From a virus (Duplodnaviria > Caudoviricetes): 62,246 bases of DNA. Position numbers and translations under genes: made by a program. Of the stretch, positions 39,915 through 50,237 are shown in pieces. Position 1 is the first letter of the stretch. Each line of letters starts with the position of its first letter. A model generated the notes under the pieces. That model had not been told where the DNA came from. It saw nothing but the letters and a program-made list of their open reading frames with translations, and made no database searches. The stretch covers positions 1 to 62,246 of the IMG/VR virus record IMGVR_UViG_3300022821_000020; one strand, 5' to 3'.

Positions 39915-40505
39915 ATGAAGAAGTATTTTTTGTTTGATTGTGAGATGGGTGGAACAAGCCCTAAAACTAGTTTATTGACATTGCATGGCTTGGTTCTTGA
40001 CCAAGGTCTAAATGTAATAGACGATATCTCCCTAATGATTAAGCCCAATAACGGCATTTATTATGTAACAGCTAAAGCAATGGAGGTCAATCAAATTGAT
40101 CTAGCTGCGCACGACAAAGAAGCGATACCTCTTTTTGAGGCCGCAAAGATTTTCGAGAATTTTGTGTGCAAACATTCAATCGGTTGCGACAAAATGATTC
40201 CCGCAGGACACAACTTGTCACTAGACATTCGTTTCTGTAAGCGATACTTCCTAAAGGCCACCAACAACGCAGAGGGCGACGATTGGAATCGCTTCTTCTC
40301 ACACCGTCGAGTCGACACAGCAACGCTGGCTCACGGGCTCATCCTTGCTGGGAAGCTGCCTTCCGTGCTCGAATGTAGCCTTGGCTCGCTTGCAGCTCAT
40401 TTTGAGTTGGACTACAGCGGCGCACACAATGCTAAATTTGATGCTGAGCTGACCCTGGAGGTTCTCAAACGCCTTATCGCTCTAATGAAGGCCTCGCAGT
40501 GCTAA
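39915..40505 (+). CDS. DEDDh 3'-5' exonuclease
   Basis: FDCEMGG, GHN...D, VDT, HNA..D. Confidence 0.85.
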   Translation: MKKYFLFDCEMGGTSPKTSLLTLHGLVLDQGLNVIDDISLMIKPNNGIYYVTAKAMEVNQIDLAAHDKEAIPLFEAAKIFENFVCKHSIGCDKMIPAGHNLSLDIRFCKRYFLKATNNAEGDDWNRFFSHRRVDTATLAHGLILAGKLPSVLECSLGSLAAHFELDYSGAHNAKFDAELTLEVLKRLIALMKASQC

Positions 40506-40581
40506 GAAACTTGAATTAAGCCCGATTCCCGTTGTTCTTCTCGGCCCCCGTTTTCTATACTCATATTACAAGGGAGTCCGC

Positions 40582-41223
40582 ATGAAGTATCTCGTAGATA
40601 TTGATCCAAGAATTAAGTTGTCCGAGCCTGACAAGGCTTTAGATGTTCCAGCCCACGTGACATTCACTGGGGCGTTTACAGAGGCTAGCGCTAAAAAGTT
40701 CCGAGATGAACTTGAAGCAGTTGAGTCTCATTGCCTACGTTCCCAGCAGGACATCATTCCAATTGTTATCGACTCATATGGTGGCTCAGTATATGCTTTG
40801 CTGTCAATGGTAGATACAATTGAAAACTGCAAGGTTCCAGTCGCAACAATTGTTGAAAGCAAAGCCATGTCATGTGGCGCTGTATTGTTTTCTTGCGGTG
40901 CCGAAGGCCACAGGTACATGGGCCCTAGAGCGACTGTCCTAATCCACGATGTTTCTTCACATGCTTTCGGAAAAGAGCCCGAGCTAAAAGTTGGCGCCGA
41001 TGAGGCAAGTAGGCTCAATCAGATCATCTATGAAATGATGGCCGAGAATTGTGGTCATAAAAACAAGAACTATTTCTATGACAAGGTAACAGAAAAGCGT
41101 GGTGCAGACTGGTTTTTGACGCCCGAAGAAAGCCTAGAGCATAACCTGGCCAACCACATCGCCATTCCAGAAATGAAGATCAAGCTGTCTTTGGACTGGT
41201 CTTTCGGTCTCTCAAAGGACTGA
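40582..41223 (+). CDS. clpP: ClpP-like protease subunit
   Basis: IDSYGGSV, AMSCGA, R......VLIH, DWFLTPEE. Confidence 0.85.
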   Translation: MKYLVDIDPRIKLSEPDKALDVPAHVTFTGAFTEASAKKFRDELEAVESHCLRSQQDIIPIVIDSYGGSVYALLSMVDTIENCKVPVATIVESKAMSCGAVLFSCGAEGHRYMGPRATVLIHDVSSHAFGKEPELKVGADEASRLNQIIYEMMAENCGHKNKNYFYDKVTEKRGADWFLTPEESLEHNLANHIAIPEMKIKLSLDWSFGLSKD

Positions 41224-41364
41224 ACTAGGAAGAGCGTTACCCAAGGAGGTAAACACTCCACACCTGCTTATGTTTAAGGTATTATAAGGCCTGGTGACTA
41301 ACTGAAAGTAGCAAATCACCTAGCCCTTCTTCGAATATGCGGAAAGAAAACACAGGTGTGAAGC

Positions 41365-42126
41365 ATGAGAAAACGAACGATAATTTGTGGTGATATTCAT
41401 GGTATGCTTGATGAGTTCAAGGAACTCTTAGAAGTGTGTGAGTATGACATTGAGGAAGACCGACTGATATCTGCTGGCGACCTTGTGGACCGTGGTCCTA
41501 AATCTGCGGAATGTATTCGCCATGTCAAGGAAGTCGGTGCAGAATTGTGTATCGGTAACCACGATGACAAGTATTTACGTTATTGGCGACACGAACAGAA
41601 GAAGACGCACACGGGTCGCAAACATTATCGCAACCCGATGAGACTCCCTTCAGAAAAAATGGAGATCTGGGAGTCACTTACAGAAGAAGACATTACCTTC
41701 ATTCATGAAGGGAAGTACTGCATTCCTCTTTGGGAGTACAACGCTCTGGTAGTTCATGCGGGAGTCCTCCCTGGGAATAGTGACGTCCCATTTGACAAGC
41801 GTGGCCGAGAAGAATATATCTTTACTCGATATATCCATAAAGACACATATAAACACATGAGATTGGGACCGAACTATTCTCAACCCGAGAACTCCGTTCA
41901 CTGGACTGAGGTTTATGATGGCTCTGCAACTATTGTTTACGGACATGACGTGCAGTCTTTTACTGAGCCCGTCATTGTAACCAATGATAGAGGTGGCCGT
42001 ACTGTTGGAATCGATACAGGAGCGTGTTTCGGCGGACTACTTACTGCTATGATTTTTAACACAGACGGGACAGAGGAGTTTCGTTCGGTGAAGGCCAAGA
42101 AGGCTTGGAAAAAGTTCAAGGACTAG
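41365..42126 (+). CDS. calcineurin-like metallophosphoesterase (ApaH/PrpE-like)
   Basis: GDIHG, GDLVDRG, GNHD, VHAG, YGH, IDTGA.FGG.LTA. Confidence 0.92.
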   Translation: MRKRTIICGDIHGMLDEFKELLEVCEYDIEEDRLISAGDLVDRGPKSAECIRHVKEVGAELCIGNHDDKYLRYWRHEQKKTHTGRKHYRNPMRLPSEKMEIWESLTEEDITFIHEGKYCIPLWEYNALVVHAGVLPGNSDVPFDKRGREEYIFTRYIHKDTYKHMRLGPNYSQPENSVHWTEVYDGSATIVYGHDVQSFTEPVIVTNDRGGRTVGIDTGACFGGLLTAMIFNTDGTEEFRSVKAKKAWKKFKD

Positions 42127-42130
42127 AACA

Positions 42131-42445
42131 GTGTTCCATTGTAATGCTGGTAACATCCTTATTGTCAATGCTTTCTATGAAGAGGACAGAGACTATTTCT
42201 TTGACACATTAGGCCTAAACCCTTACGTGCGTGCTCGGATTGCAGACAACTCAGGGCGTATGATTAACATACCGCATGGTGAACTTGTAATGGCTCTTGA
42301 AAAATCAGTGCCACCATGGTATAAATCAGATAGGATTCGTTGCCTCTGGTTTACCAGAGAAGTACACATCCTTAGATTGGCGTTGGTATACCATGAGCGA
42401 AACTACAAAGTCGCAACTGAGATTCTTCCAAAAGGATCTGTTTGA
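42131..42445 (+). CDS. hypothetical protein with SH3-like pattern
   Basis: HGELVMALE...IRCLW. Confidence 0.5.
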   Translation: MFHCNAGNILIVNAFYEEDRDYFFDTLGLNPYVRARIADNSGRMINIPHGELVMALEKSVPPWYKSDRIRCLWFTREVHILRLALVYHERNYKVATEILPKGSV

Positions 42446-42902
42446 GCATTTGACACAAGGGACCTACTTGGCTCATGGTGTGAATTGTATGGGAGCAATG
42501 GGTCGTGGCATAGCGGTTGAGTTCAAAGAACGTTGGCCGAGGATGTATGAAGAATACCGTGCTAAGTGCAAGGAAGGCAGATTAATACTCGGAGATTTCC
42601 ATACATGGCAGCCAGGGTTACGCTACTTTAGGCAGCAAGAATTCTTGTCCATTAAGATATACAACCTTGCGATAAAGTCCCACTGGAGAAATCCAGCTAG
42701 TTACCTGGCTATTGAGTCTTCTGTAAACCTAATGCTTGATGATATGTCTGAGAATGGAGGGGCTGTAGTTACTATGCCATGGATTGGTTGTGGGCTTGGT
42801 GGGCTTGATAAGAAGCACAGTGCCAAAATCTTGAAACGGTGCCTCGCTAAAGAAAGGCCTAATGGCCGAGAGCAGCAAATCTGGGTATACGAAGGAAAGT
42901 AG
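42393..42902 (+). CDS. macro domain (ADP-ribose hydrolase, Poa1p/TARG1-like)
   Basis: DLF, AHGVNCMGAMGRGIA.EFK, MPWIGCGLGGL. Confidence 0.88.
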   Translation: MSETTKSQLRFFQKDLFEHLTQGTYLAHGVNCMGAMGRGIAVEFKERWPRMYEEYRAKCKEGRLILGDFHTWQPGLRYFRQQEFLSIKIYNLAIKSHWRNPASYLAIESSVNLMLDDMSENGGAVVTMPWIGCGLGGLDKKHSAKILKRCLAKERPNGREQQIWVYEGK

Positions 42903-42933
42903 GCAAACATAAGGAAATGGCCTGTTTAAACGG

Positions 42934-42962
42934 TTCACATCCCCTTCCGAATAAACTATAAT
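42934..42962 (+). promoter_or_regulatory. promoter TTCACA-N17-TATAAT, ATG 5 nt downstream
   Basis: consensus match. Confidence 0.7.
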
Positions 42963-42967
42963 GAAAC

Positions 42968-43363
42968 ATGGGCAATTGTCGAGAAATGAGTTATGTGGAG
43001 CCACAATTTGGGAAATTGTACCGAACCACGAGAGCCTTCCGAGTTCAAATAGACAGCCATCGCCAGCGGGTCGGTGCCTGGAGAGGCTATAAGTTCCCAA
43101 AGGGTGCCGTATTTATGCTGGTAGGCAGAGGGAACGACCAAAGGCTAGTGGCGTTCAGAAAACGACGCATCTGGACTGATGGGCACAATCGTGATAGCTC
43201 CGAGCTTCGTGGAACCGACATTGTCGAAAGTTACAACATTATTTATGGGGATAGGGTGTTTGAGGTTGGGTTTCGGAAATCTGATTGGGGTGATGCTTTG
43301 GTGCCCTGTAAAACAGATGGTGAGGCCCTCACGGACTGCTTGAGCGGCGAGGAAAGATGTTGA
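42968..43363 (+). CDS. hypothetical protein with SH3-like pattern
   Basis: GKLY...KGAVFMLVG...YNIIYGDRVFEV. Confidence 0.55.
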   Translation: MGNCREMSYVEPQFGKLYRTTRAFRVQIDSHRQRVGAWRGYKFPKGAVFMLVGRGNDQRLVAFRKRRIWTDGHNRDSSELRGTDIVESYNIIYGDRVFEVGFRKSDWGDALVPCKTDGEALTDCLSGEERC

Positions 43364-43800
43364 AGCACTTGAAGACAGCGGAAAAACTTGCTCTCGACCA
43401 TGAATATGACGAAGGCCTAGAGTACTTTTTGTGTGCCCTTATTGTAAAGGGTGGCAGCATTCTCAGCGTTGGATTCAACAAGAAGTCAACAAATGGGTTC
43501 GTCGAACACTTCGCAGATGTAGCTCGTGGCCAACGAGACTATTGCTTGTCCACACATGCCGAGATGGATTGCATTCTTCAGGTACGATCGAAGATCGACC
43601 TTAGAGGTACAAAGCTATACGTGGTCCGTAGCAAGGCTTCTGGGGGGCTGGGCATGGCTAAGCCGTGTGAAATTTGTGAGCATGTACTCTACAACTACGG
43701 CATTCGTCGTGCCTATTACTCAATTGATGATGGGGAATATGGTGTGATGAAAGTGACGAACCCTGCAAAGAAGTTCAGGAAGCTAGGAAACAGCTCATGA
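43357..43800 (+). CDS. zinc-dependent deaminase (cytidine/dCMP deaminase superfamily)
   Basis: HAE, LYVVR, AKPCEIC. Confidence 0.88.
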   Translation: MLKHLKTAEKLALDHEYDEGLEYFLCALIVKGGSILSVGFNKKSTNGFVEHFADVARGQRDYCLSTHAEMDCILQVRSKIDLRGTKLYVVRSKASGGLGMAKPCEICEHVLYNYGIRRAYYSIDDGEYGVMKVTNPAKKFRKLGNSS

Positions 43801-45623
43801 CCTGGGATGTTCCAAGAGAAGAACAGGCAGAACTCGGTTATATCGAGGAAGACAAGCGACTCGGGAAGTTCGCCATCGAGTTTCTCAAGGTGGCAAAACC
43901 TGGGGCTCTTTATACATTTAGACTTGGTACAATGGACTTTTACTCCCCTATCTTGAGGAAGGATTTTGAACATTACTCAAGACCATTTACAGCAGACCCA
44001 ACCTTGGCCATGATTTTTCTTGGTCGTCCTCGCCGCAGGTGGAAGAAAGGTCCAAGGAGTATACAATTCCTGGCGACGAACGTCGATGGCGACGTCGCTA
44101 CTGTTTGGATGGATGAAGAAGCTCTCGGTGCTCTCTGCGAATTCAAAAGGTAAAGACTTTTTTGCTAAGGGGATATCATTTGCTAGTGTTTGTCGGAATG
44201 CTATGCTTAGCGACAGGTTCGTGTTTGCTTTCCTTATAGCATGAAAAATGAAGAACACAGCGAAACAGAGGCTTCCGAGACTCTCTTGGAAATCATTGAG
44301 AGAGGTCGGCTTATATCCCAAGGCCGTGAAGAGAAACGCATAAGACAGGAAAAAAAGGCTGAGATAGCTGAACTGTTAATGCTTTTTGTCTTGTTGACAG
44401 CCCTACTACTTTCACTACTGTTCTGGCGTTAAGACACGTACCATTTTACTCCACTGATACCTTTCCCTAGAAGAGTTTTGGGTTCATACTCAAAGCCAGG
44501 AATGGTACAACATGTAGTGTTAGTGTCGAGTAAGTGAGGGACAATGAAAGTAATGAAAAAAAATGCCTTAGGCAGTTTGCGACAAACCATGCGGCTCGAA
44601 GCTGACGAGAACGTGGAGCAAGCAACTAAGTTCAGGGAGGCCTACGTTGCTCAGCAACGCTCGTCTATTTCTGGTGTTCGAAAAAAGAATCGGCTGCCGT
44701 CTTCACCTGTTGAGTTTGAACCATACGTAATTGTGCCTAAACAGTTCTTGGTAGTAGTTCACTATCATTACCCGCTTGTCGTATTCCCCAGGGGACTTAA
44801 AGAAGAATTGAATGAGCTGGAAGAGTTTTTCAGTATTCGACTAAATCAGCGAGGCGAAGGCACCCTTATTCAAGGGGGGCGACTTCTTGCCACTATGACT
44901 TATAGGACCAATATGAAACCAGTCAATGTGCTGGGCTTCCGCAAGACTCTCTGTGAACTGCTCGACCGATATGGCGTTGAGATTATTAATTACAAAATCA
45001 CCCGTATATGAACAAAAAGCCGAATAAGAAGAACAAGCGGACGGCGGGTAAAAGTCTGACCGAACGTGTTTATGACCGAAAGATAAGGAAGGCCACCAAG
45101 CGAGGCGGCAAGCTTTTTGTTTGTGAATCACACGCACACAACCCAAACGCCTGTGGCGTGAAATTTGTAAGTAGCCATGGGTGGGTTGCGTGTCCGAGTT
45201 GTGGTAACGAATATTGCCGCTGGCTTAACTACAAGGAGCCTAAGGAGCCATTTGTGTCATGAATACCGTAATAGAAGTCGGAAAACTAGACCCGTATCAC
45301 CTGCTTATACCTGGGCAGGTGATTTGGTCAAAGAGCGATTGGGTTGCATTGTATAGGCCATGGCCCCTTTCAGAAAACATAGAAGAGTCGTTCACACACC
45401 AGAGTCACTTAGGCCCTAAAAAACCAGTCTTGCTTATTGAGAGAGTAAAGAACGAAAGTGGCCCACTAAGAGGCCTTATCATTTTTTACGAAGATCAACA
45501 GTGGTATGTAGAGTGCAAATACCACTGGAAATTGGATGAACGCAGCAAGCGACGCTACCAGGTTTTGGGCCCTCCTCATTTTGAGGTTATTGGGGCAGTT
45601 GAAAGTGGGTGTGGGTGAGTAAA

Positions 45624-46043
45624 ATGAAGTCATCAATAATTTGTCTGTCGGGAGGCTTCGATTGTATTCACGCTGGCCATGTGAGAATGTTGCAAGGCGC
45701 AGTTCACTTTGGAAGGGTTGTGGTCATTCTTAATTCGGATGAGTGGCTAATAAGACGCAAGGGATACTGCCTTCAGCCGTGGCATGAGCGCAAAGAGATA
45801 CTCTTAGCCATCAAAGGTGTTTCTGAAGTCGTTTCTGTTGATGATTCGGATGACACTGTTTGTGAAGCTCTGAGCCGCATTAAGCCTAACGTTTTTGGCA
45901 ATGGGGGTCTGAGGGTCAAGGGCAATACACCCGAGCGTGAGCTATGTCAAAAACTTGATATTGCCCTGGTTTATGGCATTGGTGGTGGTGAGGGTGACGC
46001 TAAAACACTTGATCTCTTAGAGAAGATTAAGGCGGTGAAGTGA
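45624..46043 (+). CDS. cytidylyltransferase-like nucleotidyltransferase
   Basis: SGGFDCIHAGH, LNSD.WL.RRKG, ERKEIL, NTPE. Confidence 0.88.
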   Translation: MKSSIICLSGGFDCIHAGHVRMLQGAVHFGRVVVILNSDEWLIRRKGYCLQPWHERKEILLAIKGVSEVVSVDDSDDTVCEALSRIKPNVFGNGGLRVKGNTPERELCQKLDIALVYGIGGGEGDAKTLDLLEKIKAVK

Positions 46044-46427
46044 TGGCTTTTAGCTTAGGCAAAATCAAGAAAATTAGTGCCAACTCATTGGCCCACGATG
46101 ATTACTGTATGATTGACCCACAAATAACCAAACGAAACCATTGTAGAAGGTATAAGGGCAAGCTTTACAAGATCAGCATGTGCAAAGCCATCAGGGATTG
46201 GATTGCTGATAGTGATTTGGAAGACATACTTCAGGAGTATGGCACTATTGGCCTTCGCCAGAACTCCAAGTCTGATGGTTGGACCCAATCAAGGCCTATC
46301 CCTGAAGGGGAAATAGTGTTATACCTCCAAACAATTTCAAAAGGTCGAGCAAAAGTACTCTGGGGCGAGCGAATCTTCACAGTACCGAGACATGATCTCG
46401 AAGCTACGCCGATTTCTTCTTAAACGG

Positions 46428-46456
46428 TTCAAAAGAACCAACACAAAGGCTATTAT
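46428..46456 (+). promoter_or_regulatory. promoter TTCAAA-N17-TATTAT, infA ATG 6 nt downstream
   Basis: consensus match. Confidence 0.72.
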
Positions 46457-46462
46457 CACCAT

Positions 46463-46741
46463 ATGAGCGATACACACATTGAGCTAGAGGGCGACATCGT
46501 CCACTCAACCAAGGGCATTTTCAAGGTTCAGCCGCTGGATAGCGAAGGCGACTATCTAACTGACCCGCTAGGAAAGGTGCAGGTAATTGTCTGCACAATT
46601 GCGGGAAAGCTGCGGAAGAACAGGATTCAACTACTCGTTGGCGATCGAGTAAAGATTGAGGTGAGCCCCTACGACCTGACTCGTGGTCGTATTACCTATC
46701 GCCTGAAGAAGCCAAGGGTTTACCAGGGTTATAACGACTAG
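46463..46741 (+). CDS. infA: translation initiation factor IF-1
   Basis: [40 protein letters not shown]. Confidence 0.95.
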   Translation: MSDTHIELEGDIVHSTKGIFKVQPLDSEGDYLTDPLGKVQVIVCTIAGKLRKNRIQLLVGDRVKIEVSPYDLTRGRITYRLKKPRVYQGYND

Positions 46742-46758
46742 GCCACAGGTCAAATAAG

Positions 46759-47265
46759 ATGACAACCCCTCCAGATATAAGCGACTTCTCTATTGAAGAG
46801 ATTCGCACTGCACTTGATGATGTTCGACATCCCTTTGAAGTTGCAGTATATAGCTCGGAAAACTACTACAACATGGGCTCAGTCCTGCGTGTAGCTCACA
46901 ACTTCCTGGCCAAGAAGGTCTGGATGGTAGATTTCACCAGTTTTTACAAAAAGGCAGGAATGGGCACCCACAAATGGGAGTCAATTGAAGAGGCGACTCT
47001 CACTGAGTTCCTCACGAGGAACAAGGATCGTAACATTATTGCTTTCGAGCGGAGACACAATCTTACAACAAAGGACATTCGAAACTTTGAGTATCCCGAG
47101 AACCCAATTTTATTCTTCGGTTCTGAGAAATTTGGTGTTCCCGACCGTGTAATTGAGCAGGCGCATTCCGTAGTCACTATTCCTGTGTTCGGTGTACACA
47201 ACGATTACAACCAAGCAGTTGCCGCAGGCATAGCAATCTACGATTTTGTTTCTAAGTTGCAGTAA
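46759..47265 (+). CDS. SpoU/TrmH family RNA methyltransferase
   Basis: NMGSVLR, FGSEKFGVP, IPVFG...YN.AVAAGI. Confidence 0.9.
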   Translation: MTTPPDISDFSIEEIRTALDDVRHPFEVAVYSSENYYNMGSVLRVAHNFLAKKVWMVDFTSFYKKAGMGTHKWESIEEATLTEFLTRNKDRNIIAFERRHNLTTKDIRNFEYPENPILFFGSEKFGVPDRVIEQAHSVVTIPVFGVHNDYNQAVAAGIAIYDFVSKLQ

Positions 47266-47885
47266 TGTCTAGGCACCTGACCAAGGAGCCACGAGAAATT
47301 CTTGTGGGTGATATTCTTATCCACAGTGATTTCTCAAGAATCTACCATTTCTTGGTGGTAGGTACTTGCACAAAGGGAGTAGGGGTAGAAACAAGGACCG
47401 TTCTTATGCTGGCGCTGGTTTGGGCTAATGAAGCTGGCACATATTATGGTTGTGGTGTTGGGTATAGAGAACAATTTACATTTTACAATTCGAGCAAAGT
47501 TAGGTTCAAAATCTTAAAGCCAGCCTGGCGTGGCCATTGTAGGGCTTGCTCAGGTGAGCTTTTCTGTGTCGGGTTTGCAGTAAAGTGTGTTGTTTGTGAC
47601 AAATTTTACTGTGATATTTAAGTCTGGTGGATGCCCACCTGCCTTGGAAACATTTTACTGATATGGCTGAACAAGTATTTCGTATTACCTTCTGGACTCG
47701 CCTGGCTAATAGTAACTGGCGTCAAAAAAAGAAAAACCTCTATGACTCTGAATTTGACTTCAAAAGAGGCATGAAGTCTTACAGACGCATGGTGGATAGA
47801 AAACAGGGCGGCATGCTGCTTGTTCGTGTTATTTTTGAAGAGTTCCTCGGCGGGGACTGGGCTGAGCTGGAACGGTACCCAGAAG

Positions 47886-48311
47886 ATGAATAAGGCATCA
47901 GGCATTCTCTTGATCCGCAAATCGGATGGCAAGGTTCTCACAGCTTCACGCAGGAACTCGTTTGATAGGATTGGTATCCCAGGTGGCAAGGTCGACCCAG
48001 GGGAGACAAATATAGAAGCCTGTATTCGTGAAGTGTTTGAAGAAACAGGTATCGGGCTTGAGGTAGAAGAGATAGAACTAGTTTATATTCGTCCGTGCAA
48101 AGGTGACGTGCCATATGAAATGCATGTTTACTTTTGTTATGCGGAAGACATTAGCCCCAGGGCCGATTTCAACGAACCTTTTCAAAAGGAAGCGGGGATA
48201 CAGATTCGCTGGGCAACGTGGGAAGAGCTGGTAGCAGAGCACAACCCCTTTTCCAAATATAACACTGGCTTATATGAGCACATGAAAAGCAAGCTTGGAA
48301 ACGAACAATGA
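47886..48311 (+). CDS. NUDIX hydrolase
   Basis: PGGKVDPGETNIEACIREVFEETG. Confidence 0.92.
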   Translation: MNKASGILLIRKSDGKVLTASRRNSFDRIGIPGGKVDPGETNIEACIREVFEETGIGLEVEEIELVYIRPCKGDVPYEMHVYFCYAEDISPRADFNEPFQKEAGIQIRWATWEELVAEHNPFSKYNTGLYEHMKSKLGNEQ

Positions 48312-49381
48312 AGAATTACTATAAAGCTCTAGATGTTTCTGAGGATGCAGACGAAACGACTATCAAAAAAGCTTACAGGAAGCTTGCGATGGAACATCAC
48401 CCTGACCGTAATCAGGGCAATGCCGAGTCTGAAGAGAGGTTCAAAGAAATCTCTGAAGCCTACGCTGTACTTCAAGACGTTGATAAACGCCGAGAATACG
48501 ACATGAAACGTAAGATGCCCGAGGGTTTTGGTTACAGCGGTCCGAATATTGGCGGGATCAACTTAGACGATTTCCTCAGGGAGATGGGTTTTGCAGGCAA
48601 TCCCCACCAAAGGGCCCAACGTCGACCAGCACCTCCCCAACGTGGCCAGTCCGTTCGTGCTTCCTTCACCCTGGATCTTGAGGATGTGCTTGATGCAACA
48701 ATTAAGAAAATCAATCTGGGTCGGATGAAGCGCTGTGTGGATTGTGGTGGGAGTGGAGCTGGTGATGGTCCCAACGCTGTAAAAACTTGTGATACTTGTA
48801 ATGGGCTAGGCGTGAATACACAAACCCGAGGTGGGTTTAGGATGCAAAGCACCTGTGAAGGCTGCTTAGGGGAAGGAAAGGTAATCCAAGAGGTTTGCAA
48901 GACATGCTCCCGCTCAGGGTTTCAAAAGGTCACAGAAGAGGTCACAGTCAGAGTTCCCGCTGGCGTAAAGACTGGGGACTTACTCAGAGTCCCAGGCAAG
49001 GGTCATGAAAGTAGGAGCATACACGGAATGCCTGGAGACCTCCACATCCAAATCAAAATTTCAGACCACCAAATATTTGAGCGTGATGAGGTAGAGATAT
49101 ATCAAAAGGTTCAACTTCCATACACCCTGTGCGTACTCGGTGGGAAAGTAGAAATACCTATTCTATCAAATAGTGATGTAAAGAAGCGTGAGGTAATTGT
49201 TGAACCAGGTTTGTCGACAGGTAGAGTTCAACGATTTTCAGAAATGGGCTTGCCTCATCCACGTTCTCAACAACGTGGTGACATGGTAGTGGAATATGAA
49301 GTCCAGGTGCCAAAAGCGGTTGACCTGACAGAAGAACAGCGTGACTTAGTGGAGAAGCTCCAGTGGGCATTTAATGACTAA
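48308..49381 (+). CDS. dnaJ: chaperone DnaJ
   Basis: J domain HPD, four CxxCxGxG-type motifs, C-terminal domain. Confidence 0.95.
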   Translation: MKNYYKALDVSEDADETTIKKAYRKLAMEHHPDRNQGNAESEERFKEISEAYAVLQDVDKRREYDMKRKMPEGFGYSGPNIGGINLDDFLREMGFAGNPHQRAQRRPAPPQRGQSVRASFTLDLEDVLDATIKKINLGRMKRCVDCGGSGAGDGPNAVKTCDTCNGLGVNTQTRGGFRMQSTCEGCLGEGKVIQEVCKTCSRSGFQKVTEEVTVRVPAGVKTGDLLRVPGKGHESRSIHGMPGDLHIQIKISDHQIFERDEVEIYQKVQLPYTLCVLGGKVEIPILSNSDVKKREVIVEPGLSTGRVQRFSEMGLPHPRSQQRGDMVVEYEVQVPKAVDLTEEQRDLVEKLQWAFND

Positions 49382-49573
49382 TATTGGACCCTATCGAACA
49401 AACGCTAAATTGCCACTACGACCTAAGACGTGCGGCTACACCGATGACTACAAGACCTGTGAAGACGAAGTTCAGGCCAATCAGGAATATTGCTGTTGGC
49501 ATCTACATGAGATGTACGGCTGGCATGACATTCCTTTTCAAGGCTGCGGAAACCCAGGTTGCGACTGCTGGCC

Positions 49574-50191
49574 ATGAAACAATACCCAACAATCCCTAAA
49601 AAGCCCAAGAAGGGCCCAACTAAATTCTACGTGTTCGACAAGCTGGATGGTTCCAACGTCCGTGCTAAGTGGTCTATGAAGCGAGGATTCCATAAGTTTG
49701 GAACTCGTAAGAGACTCCTTGGTAGCGACCAGGGGCTTTTGTACTTGGCACAAGGGCTGATTGAGGCTACGGACGGTAAATTCCGCAAGGTCTTTAGCGG
49801 CGCAAAAATTGAGCAGGCCACCTGTTTCTTTGAATTCTGGGGTGACAAGTCCTTCGCTGGAAGTCATGTGGCAGACGATGTTCACAGGGTGACTCTGTTT
49901 GACGTCAGTATTTCTGGGCGGGACTATCTTTCTCCGAAGGAATTTGTTGGCCTATTTGAGCAGGCACCTATCGAAACAGCTGACTTGCTATATCACGGTC
50001 CTATAGATGAACTTTTTAGAAGCCAGGTTGTTGATGGCACACTTCCTGGGATGACTGATGAGGGCGTGATTTGCAAAGCGAATCCCACCAAACGGTTTAA
50101 TCAGCCAAATATGTTTAAGATCAAGTCTCAGGATTGGATTGATCGTGTAAAGGCTAAATTTGACAAATCACGCTGGGAAGACCTGTTGTAG
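49574..50191 (+). CDS. second RNA ligase-like nucleotidyltransferase
   Basis: KLDGSN, FFEF.G, LFDV, EGVICK, FKIK. Confidence 0.78.
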   Translation: MKQYPTIPKKPKKGPTKFYVFDKLDGSNVRAKWSMKRGFHKFGTRKRLLGSDQGLLYLAQGLIEATDGKFRKVFSGAKIEQATCFFEFWGDKSFAGSHVADDVHRVTLFDVSISGRDYLSPKEFVGLFEQAPIETADLLYHGPIDELFRSQVVDGTLPGMTDEGVICKANPTKRFNQPNMFKIKSQDWIDRVKAKFDKSRWEDLL

Positions 50192-50208
50192 CTAAAGCTA
50201 GATTGTAG

Positions 50209-50237
50209 TTCAAATTTACCTCCCGAGGTGATGTAAT
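50209..50237 (+). promoter_or_regulatory. promoter TTCAAA-N17-TGTAAT, ATG 6 nt downstream
   Basis: consensus match. Confidence 0.55.
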
